DNA of 47,011 bases from Clostridia bacterium (GCA_017482465.1 JAFUMW010000120.1:1-47011); one strand, 5' to 3'. Shown: positions 30,418-40,337, counted from the first letter of the stretch. Numbers and translations are program-made. Notes: generated by a model from the letters alone, not told the origin.

Positions 30418-30557
30418 TTTTCGCTCCTGTTTTTGGGATTTACTTCTTAACATTGTACCGCATTTGTGTTCTGATGTCAAAAACTTTTTAACAACTATTG
30501 CAATAAAACGAATTTTTGTGTAAAATAAAGACAGAAACAATAAAAAGTGAGGCTGAC

Positions 30558-31157
30558 ATGAGTAAGTGCAGTGTTAAAGTGCTTTGTAAAAACGAATATT
30601 TGGCACGTATGATCGTGTTGATAGCAAACGGACTTGAGTTTGAGGCGGGCATGTCGGATATTCCAAACGGAGATATAAATATTATCGACTCTTCATTTCA
30701 TATCAAGGGTGAATGTGATTATTCACGCACAGTGTACATTTGCGAAAACGGAGAAAATATACCCAAGGGAGCTTTTACGATACTGTCAAAGCCTTTTTTG
30801 CACAAGGAACTGAGAGAAACGCTTTTGTCGGTATACAGCCGTTTGTACGCAAATGCAGGAGAGCGTATAGTAATTGAAAAGGATAAGCTTATATACAAAG
30901 GCTTATTTGTACAGCTTACCGAAAAAGAAACAGAGCTGTTTACCTATCTTTATGACAGAGCGGATATTCCCGTGACGCGTTCGGAGCTAATGGAAAATGT
31001 ATGGCACGGCGAAGCGTCGGCAGACGCGAACGTGACCGATGTTTATGTGAATTATATCAGAAAAAAGACGCGTGAGGTTTTCGGAGTCGATGCCATACGT
31101 TCGGTTCGCGGCGTTGGCTATATGTACACTGAAAAATATACCGTCTCGGATAAATAA
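30558..31157 (+). CDS. OmpR-type winged-helix regulator with degenerate receiver domain
   Basis: C-terminal LTEKETELF..VTRSELMENVW..DVYVNYIRKK..SVRGVGY; N-terminus keeps KPF but lacks the acidic pocket. Confidence 0.78.
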   Translation: MSKCSVKVLCKNEYLARMIVLIANGLEFEAGMSDIPNGDINIIDSSFHIKGECDYSRTVYICENGENIPKGAFTILSKPFLHKELRETLLSVYSRLYANAGERIVIEKDKLIYKGLFVQLTEKETELFTYLYDRADIPVTRSELMENVWHGEASADANVTDVYVNYIRKKTREVFGVDAIRSVRGVGYMYTEKYTVSDK

Positions 31158-31194
31158 GAAATGGCCGGAAACAGCCATTTTTATTTATTGTTCA

Positions 31195-31375
31195 TATGTG
31201 TGTCTGAATACAGATCGCGATATTTTCTCGGCGATATTTTCTCGTGATACTTGTAAAAGCTTATGAATGTGTTTGACATCGCTGAAACCGAGCATATACG
31301 GTATTTCCGAAAGTATGTGCAAAATTACGGCTTCCGCAACGTAAACAAATTCTTCCGATATGTTTTTGAAGTGCA
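31195..31375 (+). pseudogene. Relic of an AraC-family HTH domain
   Basis: YVCLNTD..FSAIFSRDTCKSL and ..YGFRNVNKFFRY resemble the two AraC HTH segments; frame broken; perfect 14-bp tandem repeat GCGATATTTTCTCG at 31217-31244. Confidence 0.5.
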
Positions 31376-31446
31376 GAAGACAGCAATCGGACATGCGGTG
31401 CGTGCCTGGCATCTTTACACAGCGGATGTACAACGGTATGATAAGC

Positions 31447-31539
31447 GAATATGAAAAAACAAGGATAAAGCTGATCCCTTACAATGCATTTGCCAACCGC
31501 GGTGACGCGAGTATGCTTGTCTGGCTGAGACGTGAATAA
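31447..31539 (+). pseudogene. C-terminal relic of a GH127-like (beta-L-arabinofuranosidase) gene
   Basis: Translates to EYEKTRIKLIPYNAFANRGDASMLVWLRRE*, matching the LIPYYAWANRG..MxVW C-terminus; a terminator follows directly. Confidence 0.7.
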
Positions 31540-31580
31540 AAGTAAAAATGACTGTCCGAACGGACAGTCATTTTTACTTT
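31539..31580. terminator. Bidirectional terminator
   Basis: 20-bp inverted repeat AAAGTAAAAATGACTGTCCG / CGGACAGTCATTTTTACTTT. Confidence 0.85.
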
Positions 31581-32982
31581 ACGCATTGAACAGCGAAAGA
31601 ATCGCCTTGTGCGCCATATATACGTCAAGCTTAGCTATTATCTCTGTGGGTGCGTGCATCGAAAGCACAGGAACGCCTAAATCGATAACGTCGATGTTTA
31701 GGTTTGCTATATATGCGGCAACAGTTCCGCCGCCGCCTTGGTCTACTTTGCCGAGCTCTGCGATCTGCCAGATGACACCGTTTTTGTCAAAGATGCTTCT
31801 GATATGACCCAAGAATTCCGCTGAAGCGTCGGATGTGCCGCTCTTGCCGCGTGCACCCGTGTACTTGGATATAACGACACCGTGGTTTATGAACGCGGTG
31901 TTTCTTTTTTCAAACACTTCGGGGAAGTTCGGGTCAAAAGCTACGTTAACGTCTGCCGAGAGGCATTTCGAGTTGGCTCTTACAAGCGCGGGACTTTCTC
32001 CGAGAGCTCTTGCGATCTCGTCGATAAGATCGCGCAAGAGCGCTGATTTCATACCCGTGTTACCGTCACTGCCTGTCTCCTCCTTGTCGGCGAGTACCGC
32101 CATGACCGTGTGTGTGCTGTCGAGAGTACCGTCGAAAAGTGCGGTGAGCGCGGGGTACGCGCATACTCTGTCGTCGTGTCCGTAAGCGGCTATCATCGAG
32201 CGGTCAAGTCCCGCGTCACGCGCTTTTGCGGCTGGGACTGCACAGAGCTCTGCAGAGATAAGGTCGGCTTCGGTGATACCGTATTTTTTGTTTAATATCG
32301 AGAGGATGTTGAGCTTTATCTTTTCGCTTGCTTCCTTGTCCGGGTAGGGCATGCTGCCTACAAGCAGGTTAAGTGTTTCACCCTCGATCGCTAGCGCGAG
32401 AGTCTTTTGGCTTTGATTCTGCGCGAGGTGCGGAGGAAGATCGTTGATATAAAGAACAGGGTCGTTTTCGTCCTCGCCTATAGTTATGTCAATTACACTG
32501 TTATCGGAAAGTACAACACTTCCGTGAAGTGCAAGAGGCGTTGCTGTCCACTGGTATTTTTTTACACCGCCGTAATAATGGGTCTTAAAAAAGCCAAGTC
32601 CGCTGTCCTCATATACAGGACGGGGCTTTAAGTCGAGCCTGGGTGAGTCTATGTGTGCTGCGGCGATGCGTATACCGTTTTTGATGTTCTCGCTTCCTAT
32701 TCTGAATAAAAACATGCTCTTGCCGCGATTGTTTATATAATATTTGCCGCCGATCTTCAGCTCATCGCCGAAGCTGTACGGAACAAATCCGTTTTCGCGA
32801 GCCATTGCTTCGGCACACTTTACCGCCTCACGCTCGATCTTTGCCTCATCAAGGAATTTTTTATATCCCTTGCAGTATTCGAAAGCCTTTTCGCTTTCTG
32901 CTTTTTCAAGTTTTTCAAAAGCGTTTTCCGATTTGTAAAATAGCTTTTCGGAAAGCTTCTGTCCTTCGGTTTTTTCGTTCAT
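31579..32982 (-). CDS. M18 family aminopeptidase
   Basis: AHIDSPRLDLKP, HYYGGVKKYQW, GHDDRVC, DKEETGS, SMHAP. Confidence 0.92.
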   Translation of the reverse strand: MNEKTEGQKLSEKLFYKSENAFEKLEKAESEKAFEYCKGYKKFLDEAKIEREAVKCAEAMARENGFVPYSFGDELKIGGKYYINNRGKSMFLFRIGSENIKNGIRIAAAHIDSPRLDLKPRPVYEDSGLGFFKTHYYGGVKKYQWTATPLALHGSVVLSDNSVIDITIGEDENDPVLYINDLPPHLAQNQSQKTLALAIEGETLNLLVGSMPYPDKEASEKIKLNILSILNKKYGITEADLISAELCAVPAAKARDAGLDRSMIAAYGHDDRVCAYPALTALFDGTLDSTHTVMAVLADKEETGSDGNTGMKSALLRDLIDEIARALGESPALVRANSKCLSADVNVAFDPNFPEVFEKRNTAFINHGVVISKYTGARGKSGTSDASAEFLGHIRSIFDKNGVIWQIAELGKVDQGGGGTVAAYIANLNIDVIDLGVPVLSMHAPTEIIAKLDVYMAHKAILSLFNA

Positions 32983-32994
32983 TTTTGATTCCTT

Positions 32995-33582
32995 TCAATG
33001 ATTCTGATAAATTTGCTCGTATTTTATAAGTGTATTGTTTACCTTATTTACGTAGTTGCGTGTTTCGACGTAGGGAATGTATTCAAGCACTCCGTTTTTT
33101 GTATACCGTGTGTCCTCCAGCCATTCGGATACACGGTTCATTCCCGCGTTGTACGCGGCAAAGGCTGTGCTCCAATCGCCGAATTTGTTGTACAGGTAGG
33201 AAAGAAAATATGTGCCGAAGTCAATGCTTATAACAGGATCGGTAAGCTCGGACACTTTTTCCTCCTTACGTATATACAACAGCCAATCGTATGTGTCTGG
33301 AGTTATCTGCATCAGACCGACAGCGCCGGCGGACGATACCGCGACCGGGTCAAATCCGCTTTCGGTGTGTATGACTGCGTATACTATCTCGGTAGGAACA
33401 TTGTATTTTTCCGCGTACAATTCAACATATTCGCTGTATTTCTGCGGATACATGTGCATCAGTCTGCGTTCGTTGAGCTCGCCTGCGGCGGCGATCAGTA
33501 CGACTGTGATCAGTATCGTGATCACAATTACAGGCAGACAGGAGCGTTGCTTCGTTGTTCTTGTTTTGGTGCTTTTTTTCAT
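32995..33582 (-). CDS. Lytic transglycosylase (Slt domain)
   Basis: TM anchor, AVIHTES, GAVGLMQI, AAYNAG, ETRNYV. Confidence 0.92.
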   Translation of the reverse strand: MKKSTKTRTTKQRSCLPVIVITILITVVLIAAAGELNERRLMHMYPQKYSEYVELYAEKYNVPTEIVYAVIHTESGFDPVAVSSAGAVGLMQITPDTYDWLLYIRKEEKVSELTDPVISIDFGTYFLSYLYNKFGDWSTAFAAYNAGMNRVSEWLEDTRYTKNGVLEYIPYVETRNYVNKVNNTLIKYEQIYQNH

Positions 33583-34196
33583 TCGGGTATTACCCCGAGC
33601 TTAAGCTTTTCAATATATGGAAGCGCCGCGGACTCAAGCTCTTGTACGCCTGCGTCGTTATACAGCACCAGTGAGCAGTTTTCTTGAAAAAAAACATCGT
33701 CCTTTTGCGCGGCTATACGCTTTTCGGCAAGCTCGCGGTCAATAGAATCACGTGCTTTGATGCGAGCAATGCGCGTTTCACGCTTTGCAAGCACGCCGAT
33801 GATATAGTCGCACTTTTTGTTATATCCCGATTCAAATAAAACAGGTGCGTCAACGACCGCTGCCATATATCCGAGGTCGGCCTGCTTTTTCAGCCATTTA
33901 TCCGCTTCTGCAAGTATATAACGGTGTGTTATAGAATTTAATTTTTGCGTTTTTGAATCTTTATCTTCGGCTAAAAAGACCGCTCTTGCCAGCGCCTTGC
34001 GGTCAAGTGTTCCGTCGGCGTTGATTATACCGTCTCCGAAAGCGCGTGCAAGCTCGAGAGTACAGGGCATTCCCGCTTCGCAAACGCGGCGGGAAACAAG
34101 GTCGGTGTCAAGACAGGGGATGCCGTGCTTATTTAGTATTTTAGAAAGCATACCCTTTCCCGCACCGCTGGGTCCGGTAAGTCCGATCGTTATCAT
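33579..34196 (-). CDS. coaE: Dephospho-CoA kinase
   Basis: IGLTGPSGAGK, LDRKALA, DAPVLFES; coaE-slt synteny. Confidence 0.92.
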   Translation of the reverse strand: MITIGLTGPSGAGKGMLSKILNKHGIPCLDTDLVSRRVCEAGMPCTLELARAFGDGIINADGTLDRKALARAVFLAEDKDSKTQKLNSITHRYILAEADKWLKKQADLGYMAAVVDAPVLFESGYNKKCDYIIGVLAKRETRIARIKARDSIDRELAEKRIAAQKDDVFFQENCSLVLYNDAGVQELESAALPYIEKLKLGVIPE

Positions 34197-34209
34197 AGCT
34201 TTTCTCCGT

Positions 34210-35334
34210 TTATATAAGTACGGGACGTCGGATCTTGTCCGACTCGTAACCCGCTTCCATTACTTGCTGTACATGGTATGCGTCATAAAGGTTCGGATGG
34301 GTCTGTGTATCATTATTGTGTACAGCCTCTAAAAAAGCGTACATACTGCCGAGATGTCCTCTCAACCAGCCTGCAGGAGCTTTTATTCCGGGAAAGATGC
34401 CAGCAGGGTCGGGATATCTGCCGACACATTCGATACGCGTAAATCCTTTTTCTCCGCCAAGCTCGCGGTTTGGCAGGCGGTTGTCGTAGAATGAGAGGAA
34501 ATTCGGATCCATCAGCGAGAAGCGTATACTTCCGTCGGTGCCGTATACCTCAAGTGTGAGATCGTCGTTCGCGCCGACCGAGATCTTACTTGCTTCTATC
34601 GTGCCAACCGCTCCGCATTCAAGCTCTGCGGTCATATAGAAAGCCTCGTCTGCGTTAGTTTCCCATGGCTTTCCGTCAAGACCGAGCCTGTTTGCAAAAG
34701 CTATCTGTGATCTGCCGTTTACTTCTTTGAAGCGTCCGCAAAGGAAATATACAAGGTCGATGGCGTGCGAGCCGAGGTCGAAAAGTACGCCTCCGCCGCA
34801 TATATCGCGATTCTGCTTCCATCCGGCAGTCTTATTTATATCGGTCGCGCTCGAGTGTAGATACGAGCATCTGAAGCTGAGTATGCGCCCGAGTCTGCCC
34901 TCGTTAACGAGCTCCTTTGCGCGAAGAAGTGCGGACAGATACCGATTGTTGAATACTATCTTTCCGACAACCCCTTTTTTTTCGGCAAGCTGTGCGACAT
35001 TTTTTGCCTGCTCGCTTGTTACGCACAGAGGCTTTTCGCAGTAGATATGCTTGCCTGCGTCGATAGCCTTTATAAGTGTGTCATAGTGACTGATGTTCGG
35101 AGTACAGATATCTATTATATCAATGTCGTCGTTATATATGAGCTCATCCTCGCTCTTTGCTGCGATGTCGAAGCCGAACGTATCTGCGGCATTTTTCGCT
35201 GTTTCGTATGTGCGTGTATATACGCCCGCGATCTTTGCGTCAAACGGCGGCTTCTTGTAGTAGAATCTGATGTTTTCAACAGCCCATGTATGTGTTCTGC
35301 CCATTGAGCCGAAGCCGAGAAGACCTATTTTCAT
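34210..35334 (-). CDS. Gfo/Idh/MocA family oxidoreductase
   Basis: GFGSMG, ICTPN..H, GKHIYCEKP, GGGVLFDLGSH. Confidence 0.92.
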   Translation of the reverse strand: MKIGLLGFGSMGRTHTWAVENIRFYYKKPPFDAKIAGVYTRTYETAKNAADTFGFDIAAKSEDELIYNDDIDIIDICTPNISHYDTLIKAIDAGKHIYCEKPLCVTSEQAKNVAQLAEKKGVVGKIVFNNRYLSALLRAKELVNEGRLGRILSFRCSYLHSSATDINKTAGWKQNRDICGGGVLFDLGSHAIDLVYFLCGRFKEVNGRSQIAFANRLGLDGKPWETNADEAFYMTAELECGAVGTIEASKISVGANDDLTLEVYGTDGSIRFSLMDPNFLSFYDNRLPNRELGGEKGFTRIECVGRYPDPAGIFPGIKAPAGWLRGHLGSMYAFLEAVHNNDTQTHPNLYDAYHVQQVMEAGYESDKIRRPVLI

Positions 35335-35408
35335 GTGTCTGTAAACCTTTCATGTTTTATATCTTTTATATATTATACTTCCAATAAAAGAAAAAAACAA
35401 TACTTTAG

Positions 35409-35669
35409 TCAATATTTTTCACTTTTGACTATAATATCACATAAAAGCGCACCGCCGATAACGATGTTAAGTGTTACAAGTGTGTGCTCGATCATTATCC
35501 GCGCGAGCCTGACAGCAAGAAATACACGTGTTGTTTCCGCGGTATTCGAGGTGATGCTATTGTATAAAAGCATTGTAACGGCGAGCATGGTTATTATCAG
35601 AAACGTACCGTTTTTGAGTATGTAAAAAGAGCGCCTGTCAAGGACAGGCACTTTCAGCTTGTTTTTCAT
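35409..35669 (-). CDS. Small hypothetical membrane protein (86 aa, two TM segments)
   Basis: MKNKLKVP.. with two hydrophobic stretches; AAGGA upstream; the longer ORF-track start lies inside rnpB. Confidence 0.5.
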   Translation of the reverse strand: MKNKLKVPVLDRRSFYILKNGTFLIITMLAVTMLLYNSITSNTAETTRVFLAVRLARIMIEHTLVTLNIVIGGALLCDIIVKSEKY

Positions 35670-35760
35670 TTTGTGACTCATCCTTTTCTTCTTGTATACG
35701 TCTATTATAATATATAGTGAGGAAAAAGTCACGGGACAATAAATGTAAAAGCATGAATAA

Positions 35761-36127
35761 AACGGATCGAACCTATAAGCCGGGTTTTGTAATCGACAAT
35801 CATCTATCTCTACGGTACGTTGCCGCACCGCTACGAACAGTGTTCGTGCCACCAAAGAAGCAGAGTCGGGCAAACTTGGCAAAAAGCCGTTCTCAGGTGT
35901 TGCTTCGGATAGGGTTTACAGCGAGCCTGTGTTGCCATAGACTCGGGTGAGCTCTTACCTCGCCTTTCCATCCTTACCGTGCAGAGCACGGCGGTTTATT
36001 TCTGTTGCACTTTCCCGGGAGTCACCTCCGGCGGACGTTATCCGTTATCCTGCCCTGTGAAGCCCGGACTTTCCTCACGGTAATACCTTTCGGCAACATA
36101 CCGCGCGATTGTCCGGTTCGGTCCGTT
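35761..36127 (-). ncRNA. rnpB: RNase P RNA (bacterial, probably type A)
   Basis: Minus strand has GAGGAAAGUCCGGGC, AGUGCAACAGAAA, GUAAACCC, AGAUAGAUGAUUG, ACAAAACCCGGCUUAU. Confidence 0.96.
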
Positions 36128-36148
36128 TTATTCATGCTTTGTATCAGT

Positions 36149-36177
36149 ATTTTATCATCAACGCTCGGATTTGTCAA
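36149..36177 (-). promoter_or_regulatory. sigmaA promoter of rnpB
   Basis: TTGACA-17-TAAAAT on minus strand. Confidence 0.75.
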
Positions 36178-36189
36178 GTGCTTATACTA

Positions 36190-36218
36190 TTGACAAATGT
36201 GTTTTACTGTGATAGACT
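36190..36218 (+). promoter_or_regulatory. sigmaA promoter of the esterase gene
   Basis: TTGACA-17-TAGACT, back-to-back with the rnpB promoter. Confidence 0.65.
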
Positions 36219-36247
36219 GATAAAAACTTTTTGCGGAGGATCAGCTC

Positions 36248-37066
36248 ATGATCTTTGAAAGAATTTATCTTGAAGAAAATAACGAAAATGTGTATCTTGA
36301 CGTATATGTTGCCGATAAGGTGGGCGGATTTGTCCGTGATGCCATACTTGTTATACCCGGCGGCGGATACGGATCTGTATGCTCGGACAGAGAGGGTGAG
36401 CCGATAGCACTGGCGTTTATTCCTCGCGGCTATAACGCCTTTGTGCTTCATTATTCGGTCGCGTCAAAGGAGAAAAGAGCATTCCCGGATCAGCTTATAC
36501 AGGCGTCTCTTGCGATGAAGCATATTAAGGATAATGCAGAAAGATACAATATCAATCCCGAGCGTGTGTTCGTGACCGGCTTTTCGGCAGGAGGTCACCT
36601 TGCCGGAAGCCTCGGCATACTCTGGCATATAAAAGAGGTGTACGATGCGATCGATATGCCGTACGGTTATAATAAGCCTGCGGGAATTATGCTTAACTAC
36701 CCGGTGGTAACATCATCAAAGGAATATTGGCATATGGGTTCGTTTAATAATCTTTTTGCCGGAGAAGAGCTGACCGAGGATAAACTGACTTCGGTGAGCC
36801 TTGAAAAGCAGGTTAGCGAAAAAGCTTGTCCCGCATATATATTGCATACGGCAAACGACGATGTAGTCAACGTGAAAAACTCACTCTTGCTTGCTAACGC
36901 GTACTCCGAGCACGGTCTGCCGTTTGAGCTTCACGTGTATCCGGACGGACCGCACGGAATGGCGCTTGCCAATGAAATAACTTCGATGGAAAGCGCGAGA
37001 TTTATAGACACGGCGATGGAGAAATGGATAGAAAACGCGGTGTTATGGACAAAAAAGATAAAGTGA
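36248..37066 (+). CDS. Alpha/beta hydrolase (carbohydrate esterase-like)
   Basis: PGGGY oxyanion motif, GFSAGGH nucleophile, D..V, HVYPDGPHG. Confidence 0.9.
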   Translation: MIFERIYLEENNENVYLDVYVADKVGGFVRDAILVIPGGGYGSVCSDREGEPIALAFIPRGYNAFVLHYSVASKEKRAFPDQLIQASLAMKHIKDNAERYNINPERVFVTGFSAGGHLAGSLGILWHIKEVYDAIDMPYGYNKPAGIMLNYPVVTSSKEYWHMGSFNNLFAGEELTEDKLTSVSLEKQVSEKACPAYILHTANDDVVNVKNSLLLANAYSEHGLPFELHVYPDGPHGMALANEITSMESARFIDTAMEKWIENAVLWTKKIK

Positions 37067-37097
37067 AAATTTTGGGCAAGAAAAAACAAAAAAAGGC

Positions 37098-37126
37098 TTG
37101 ACAAGTGGCTAAAGGCGTGATATAAT
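37098..37126 (+). promoter_or_regulatory. sigmaA promoter of tRNA
   Basis: Consensus TTGACA-17-TATAAT with A-rich UP element. Confidence 0.85.
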
Positions 37127-37145
37127 ATTCGAGTACCGAAAAAAT

Positions 37146-37221
37146 GCGCTTGTAGCTCAGTGGATAGAGTGCCCGGCTACGAACCGGTAGGTCGCAGGTT
37201 CGAATCCTGCCAGGCGCGCCA
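37146..37221 (+). tRNA. tRNA-Arg (anticodon ACG)
   Basis: Cloverleaf: acceptor GCGCTTG/CAGGCGC, D loop AGTGGATA, anticodon loop CTACGAA, TTCGAAT, encoded CCA. Confidence 0.96.
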
Positions 37222-37256
37222 GAAAAAAGCACTTGCATTTGCAAGTGCTTTTTTCA
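37222..37256 (+). terminator. Intrinsic terminator after tRNA
   Basis: GAAAAAAGCACTTGCA / TGCAAGTGCTTTTTTC. Confidence 0.88.
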
Positions 37257-37375
37257 ATATTTCGGCGAAAATGTTGTTCAATTTTTGGAAAAAACAAATA
37301 TGATCATAATTTTTTATTGCAAAATGCGGAAAAATGTGGTATCATATAGCTAATATACTTTAGGAGGACTATTTT

Positions 37376-38956
37376 ATGTCATCAACTATCCAGATACTGC
37401 TTGCCATGATAATATATATGGCCGCGGTCGTGATAATTGGGTTTGCTTTTGCAAAAAAAGCAAATGCTAACTCGGAAAACTACTTTTTAGGCGGAAGAAC
37501 GCTCGGACCTTGGGTGACTGCTATGAGTGCGGAAGCATCCGATATGAGCGGCTGGCTTCTTATGGGACTTCCCGGCGTTGCTTATTGGTACGGTGTAGCG
37601 GATGCTTCGTGGACTGCCATAGGTCTCGCGATCGGTACATATCTCAACTGGCTTATCGTTTCCAAAAGACTTCGCCGCTACAGCATAAGGGCGAATAATT
37701 CGATCACTTTGCCCGAATTTTTCTCAAACCGCTTCAGAGAGAAGAAAAAGATAATCATGACTCTTGCGGCTCTCTTTATCCTAATATTCTTTACGGTTTA
37801 TGCGGCAAGCTGCTTTGTTACCTGCGGCAAGCTTTTCTCAACGCTCTTCGGCGCGTCGTATCAGAGCATGGTCGTAGTCGGAGCTCTGTTCGTTCTTCTT
37901 TACACACTTCTCGGAGGCTTCCTTGCCGAGAGTGCATCGGATTTTATGCAGAGCATCGTAATGATAGTTGCGCTTGTTTCAGTTGTTGTTATCGGTGTAG
38001 TTAATGCGGGCGGCTTTGGAATGGTTCTTGAAAACGCTAAGACTATCCCCGGTTTCCTTGATTTCTTCGGGCTTGCCACACCTACCCTCGGCGAAGACGG
38101 AATTCAGCTTATTGACGAAGCAGGAAAGGCCGTGTTCGGCGAAGCATCTGAGTACGGTATACTCACTATTTGCTCTATGCTCGCATGGGGCCTCGGTTAC
38201 TTTGGTATGCCTCAGGTCCTCTTGCGCTTTATGGCTATAAGAGAAGAAGGCGAACTCAAGCGTTCAAGAAGAATTGCCATGGTTTGGGTGATAATCTCCC
38301 TTGCGGTTGCGGTATTTATCGGTATTACCGGACGAATAATTGCCATGAATAATCCCGAAGTGCTTTCGGGCGAGCTCCTTCTGACGAAGGCAAGTGCCGA
38401 AAACATCTTTATCCAGCTTTCCACAAGCTTTTTGCCTCCTATTATCGCAGGCTTTGTTATGGCGGGTATTCTCGCGGCAACGATATCTTCGTCCGATTCG
38501 TATCTTCTTATCGCGGCATCCGCTGTTGCAAAGAACATATATCAAGGCGTTGCAAAAAAGAATGCAAGCGACAAGTCTGTAATGCTCGTTTCGAGAATTA
38601 CACTTCTTGTTATAGCGCTTGTTGCTATGTTTCTTGCGTTTGACGAGGACAGTGTTATCTTCCAGATCGTGTCCTTTGCATGGGCAGGCTTCGGTGCAAC
38701 ATTCGGTCCGCTTATGCTCTTCTCGCTCTTCTGGAAGAGAACAACAAGAGCAGGTGCGATCGCAGGTATGGTAAGCGGCGCGGCTATGGTATTTATCTGG
38801 AAGCTCGGTATAAGCAAGCTCGGCGGCGCGTTCGCGATCTATGAGCTTCTTCCCGCTTTCATTATTTCCTCGATCGTTATCGTCGTTGTATCGCTTCTTA
38901 CCCCCGCTCCTTCCAAGGAGATCGAAGAGGACTTCGACGCTGTGGTTGCAAAGTAA
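37376..38956 (+). CDS. putP: Sodium/proline symporter (SSS family)
   Basis: YFLGGR, SAEASDMSGWLLMGLPG, WGLGYFGMPQ, AWAGFGATFGP. Confidence 0.9.
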   Translation: MSSTIQILLAMIIYMAAVVIIGFAFAKKANANSENYFLGGRTLGPWVTAMSAEASDMSGWLLMGLPGVAYWYGVADASWTAIGLAIGTYLNWLIVSKRLRRYSIRANNSITLPEFFSNRFREKKKIIMTLAALFILIFFTVYAASCFVTCGKLFSTLFGASYQSMVVVGALFVLLYTLLGGFLAESASDFMQSIVMIVALVSVVVIGVVNAGGFGMVLENAKTIPGFLDFFGLATPTLGEDGIQLIDEAGKAVFGEASEYGILTICSMLAWGLGYFGMPQVLLRFMAIREEGELKRSRRIAMVWVIISLAVAVFIGITGRIIAMNNPEVLSGELLLTKASAENIFIQLSTSFLPPIIAGFVMAGILAATISSSDSYLLIAASAVAKNIYQGVAKKNASDKSVMLVSRITLLVIALVAMFLAFDEDSVIFQIVSFAWAGFGATFGPLMLFSLFWKRTTRAGAIAGMVSGAAMVFIWKLGISKLGGAFAIYELLPAFIISSIVIVVVSLLTPAPSKEIEEDFDAVVAK

Positions 38957-38966
38957 TATTATGAAC

Positions 38967-38998
38967 AAGAAAAAGCACCCGATAGGGTGCTTTTTCTT
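38967..38998. terminator. Bidirectional terminator
   Basis: AAGAAAAAGCACCC-GATA-GGGTGCTTTTTCTT. Confidence 0.88.
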
Positions 38999-40139
38999 AC
39001 TTATATGCCTTGTCGTATGTACTTGTTTTCGCGCCTGCGGTGTCGACCTCGCCCAGAAATTCAACGCTGTCAAGTCCGAGATAATCGCATATGCTTTTCA
39101 TTTCGGCTACCGTGCTGATGTTGACATTGATGCCCTCCTTCATGCGCTTTTCGTACGATATGCGTTCCTTTTCGCCGTGAGTGTATATCTGTATGTTCTC
39201 ATCGGCGCGCTTGGCATCGCGAAGCTCCTTGAGAAATACCGAAAGACGGCGCTTTATCTCGTCGGGATCGCCGAATATCTTCGGATCTATTACTATAAAA
39301 GAATGGCACGAGCCCGCGCCTTTACCGACTGCCCGTACATGGTGATTTGAGGTCGCTCCGCCTGAGAGTATTGCACTGAATATCTCGCTTATCATGCTGT
39401 AGCCGTACCCCTTGTGTCCGCCTGTTTCCTCCGAGATACCGCCGACAGGAAGAATGCCGCCTCCTTCTCCGTGCGCGTTTATACAGTCGAGCACATGCTC
39501 GGCATCGGTGCAAACCTTTCCTGTCTCATCTGTTGCCCAGCCGCTTGCCAACGGCTTTGATCTTTTATTGTATACCTCAAGCTTACCGCGGGGAACAACG
39601 GTAGTTGCCGCGTCGAACCAGAACGGGTACGGCTCTGCGGGCATAGCGAATGCGAGCGGGTTAGAGCCCAAGATCGCCTCTTTTGAGTTTGTGTGTACCA
39701 TTATTGATTCGGAGTTGGTAGACGATATACCTATAAAGCCGCGGTCGCACGCCATTTTTGTGTAATAGCCTGCGATTCCGAAATGGTTGGAGTTGCGTAC
39801 TGTAACGAACGCAATACCCGATTTTAATGCTTTTTCAATCGCAAGCTCGGTGGCAAACACTGAAATAAGCTGACCCATACCGTCGTGTCCGTCGATAACA
39901 GCCGACACGGGAGTTTCAAATACTATCTCGGGCTTGGCATTCGGTTTTACCGAGCCCTTTTCAATTGCTTTGTGATAGCGTACCAGACGCTGTGTTCCGT
40001 GAGATTCTATACCGTACAGATCTGCCAACAGCAATACATCGGTGATCTGCTTTGCCTCATTTTCGTTAAATCCGAATTTTTGGAAGGCGGTATTGCAAAA
40101 TTTTTCAAGCTTTTCAACGCTGTAGTTTATGTAGTCCAT
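38997..40139 (-). CDS. Ldh_2 family oxidoreductase (type 2 malate/L-lactate dehydrogenase family)
   Basis: ADLYGIESHG, RNSNHFG, GSNPLAFA, GGHKGYG. Confidence 0.9.
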   Translation of the reverse strand: MDYINYSVEKLEKFCNTAFQKFGFNENEAKQITDVLLLADLYGIESHGTQRLVRYHKAIEKGSVKPNAKPEIVFETPVSAVIDGHDGMGQLISVFATELAIEKALKSGIAFVTVRNSNHFGIAGYYTKMACDRGFIGISSTNSESIMVHTNSKEAILGSNPLAFAMPAEPYPFWFDAATTVVPRGKLEVYNKRSKPLASGWATDETGKVCTDAEHVLDCINAHGEGGGILPVGGISEETGGHKGYGYSMISEIFSAILSGGATSNHHVRAVGKGAGSCHSFIVIDPKIFGDPDEIKRRLSVFLKELRDAKRADENIQIYTHGEKERISYEKRMKEGINVNISTVAEMKSICDYLGLDSVEFLGEVDTAGAKTSTYDKAYK

Positions 40140-40337
40140 TTTTTCTCTCCTTGACGATTATTCTGTATATATTTTAGCAGAACATCAAAGGATTTACAAT
40201 GTTTGGATTTTGCGTTTTGGGTATTGATTTTTTACGTTATGTATCTTAATATAAAACCAGGCAGACACCAAAAAGCGTCTGCCTGATCATTTGAAAGGAG
40301 TTGAATGAGCTGAACTGTGTTAAACGGTACAAAAAGT

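Noticed and set aside
35670-35950. ORF-track ORFs overlapping rnpB
   Set aside because: They lie within or opposite the RNase P RNA gene
37146-37260. tRNA as an integration site for an island
   Set aside because: No integrase and no duplicated tRNA 3' end found; flanks are housekeeping genes
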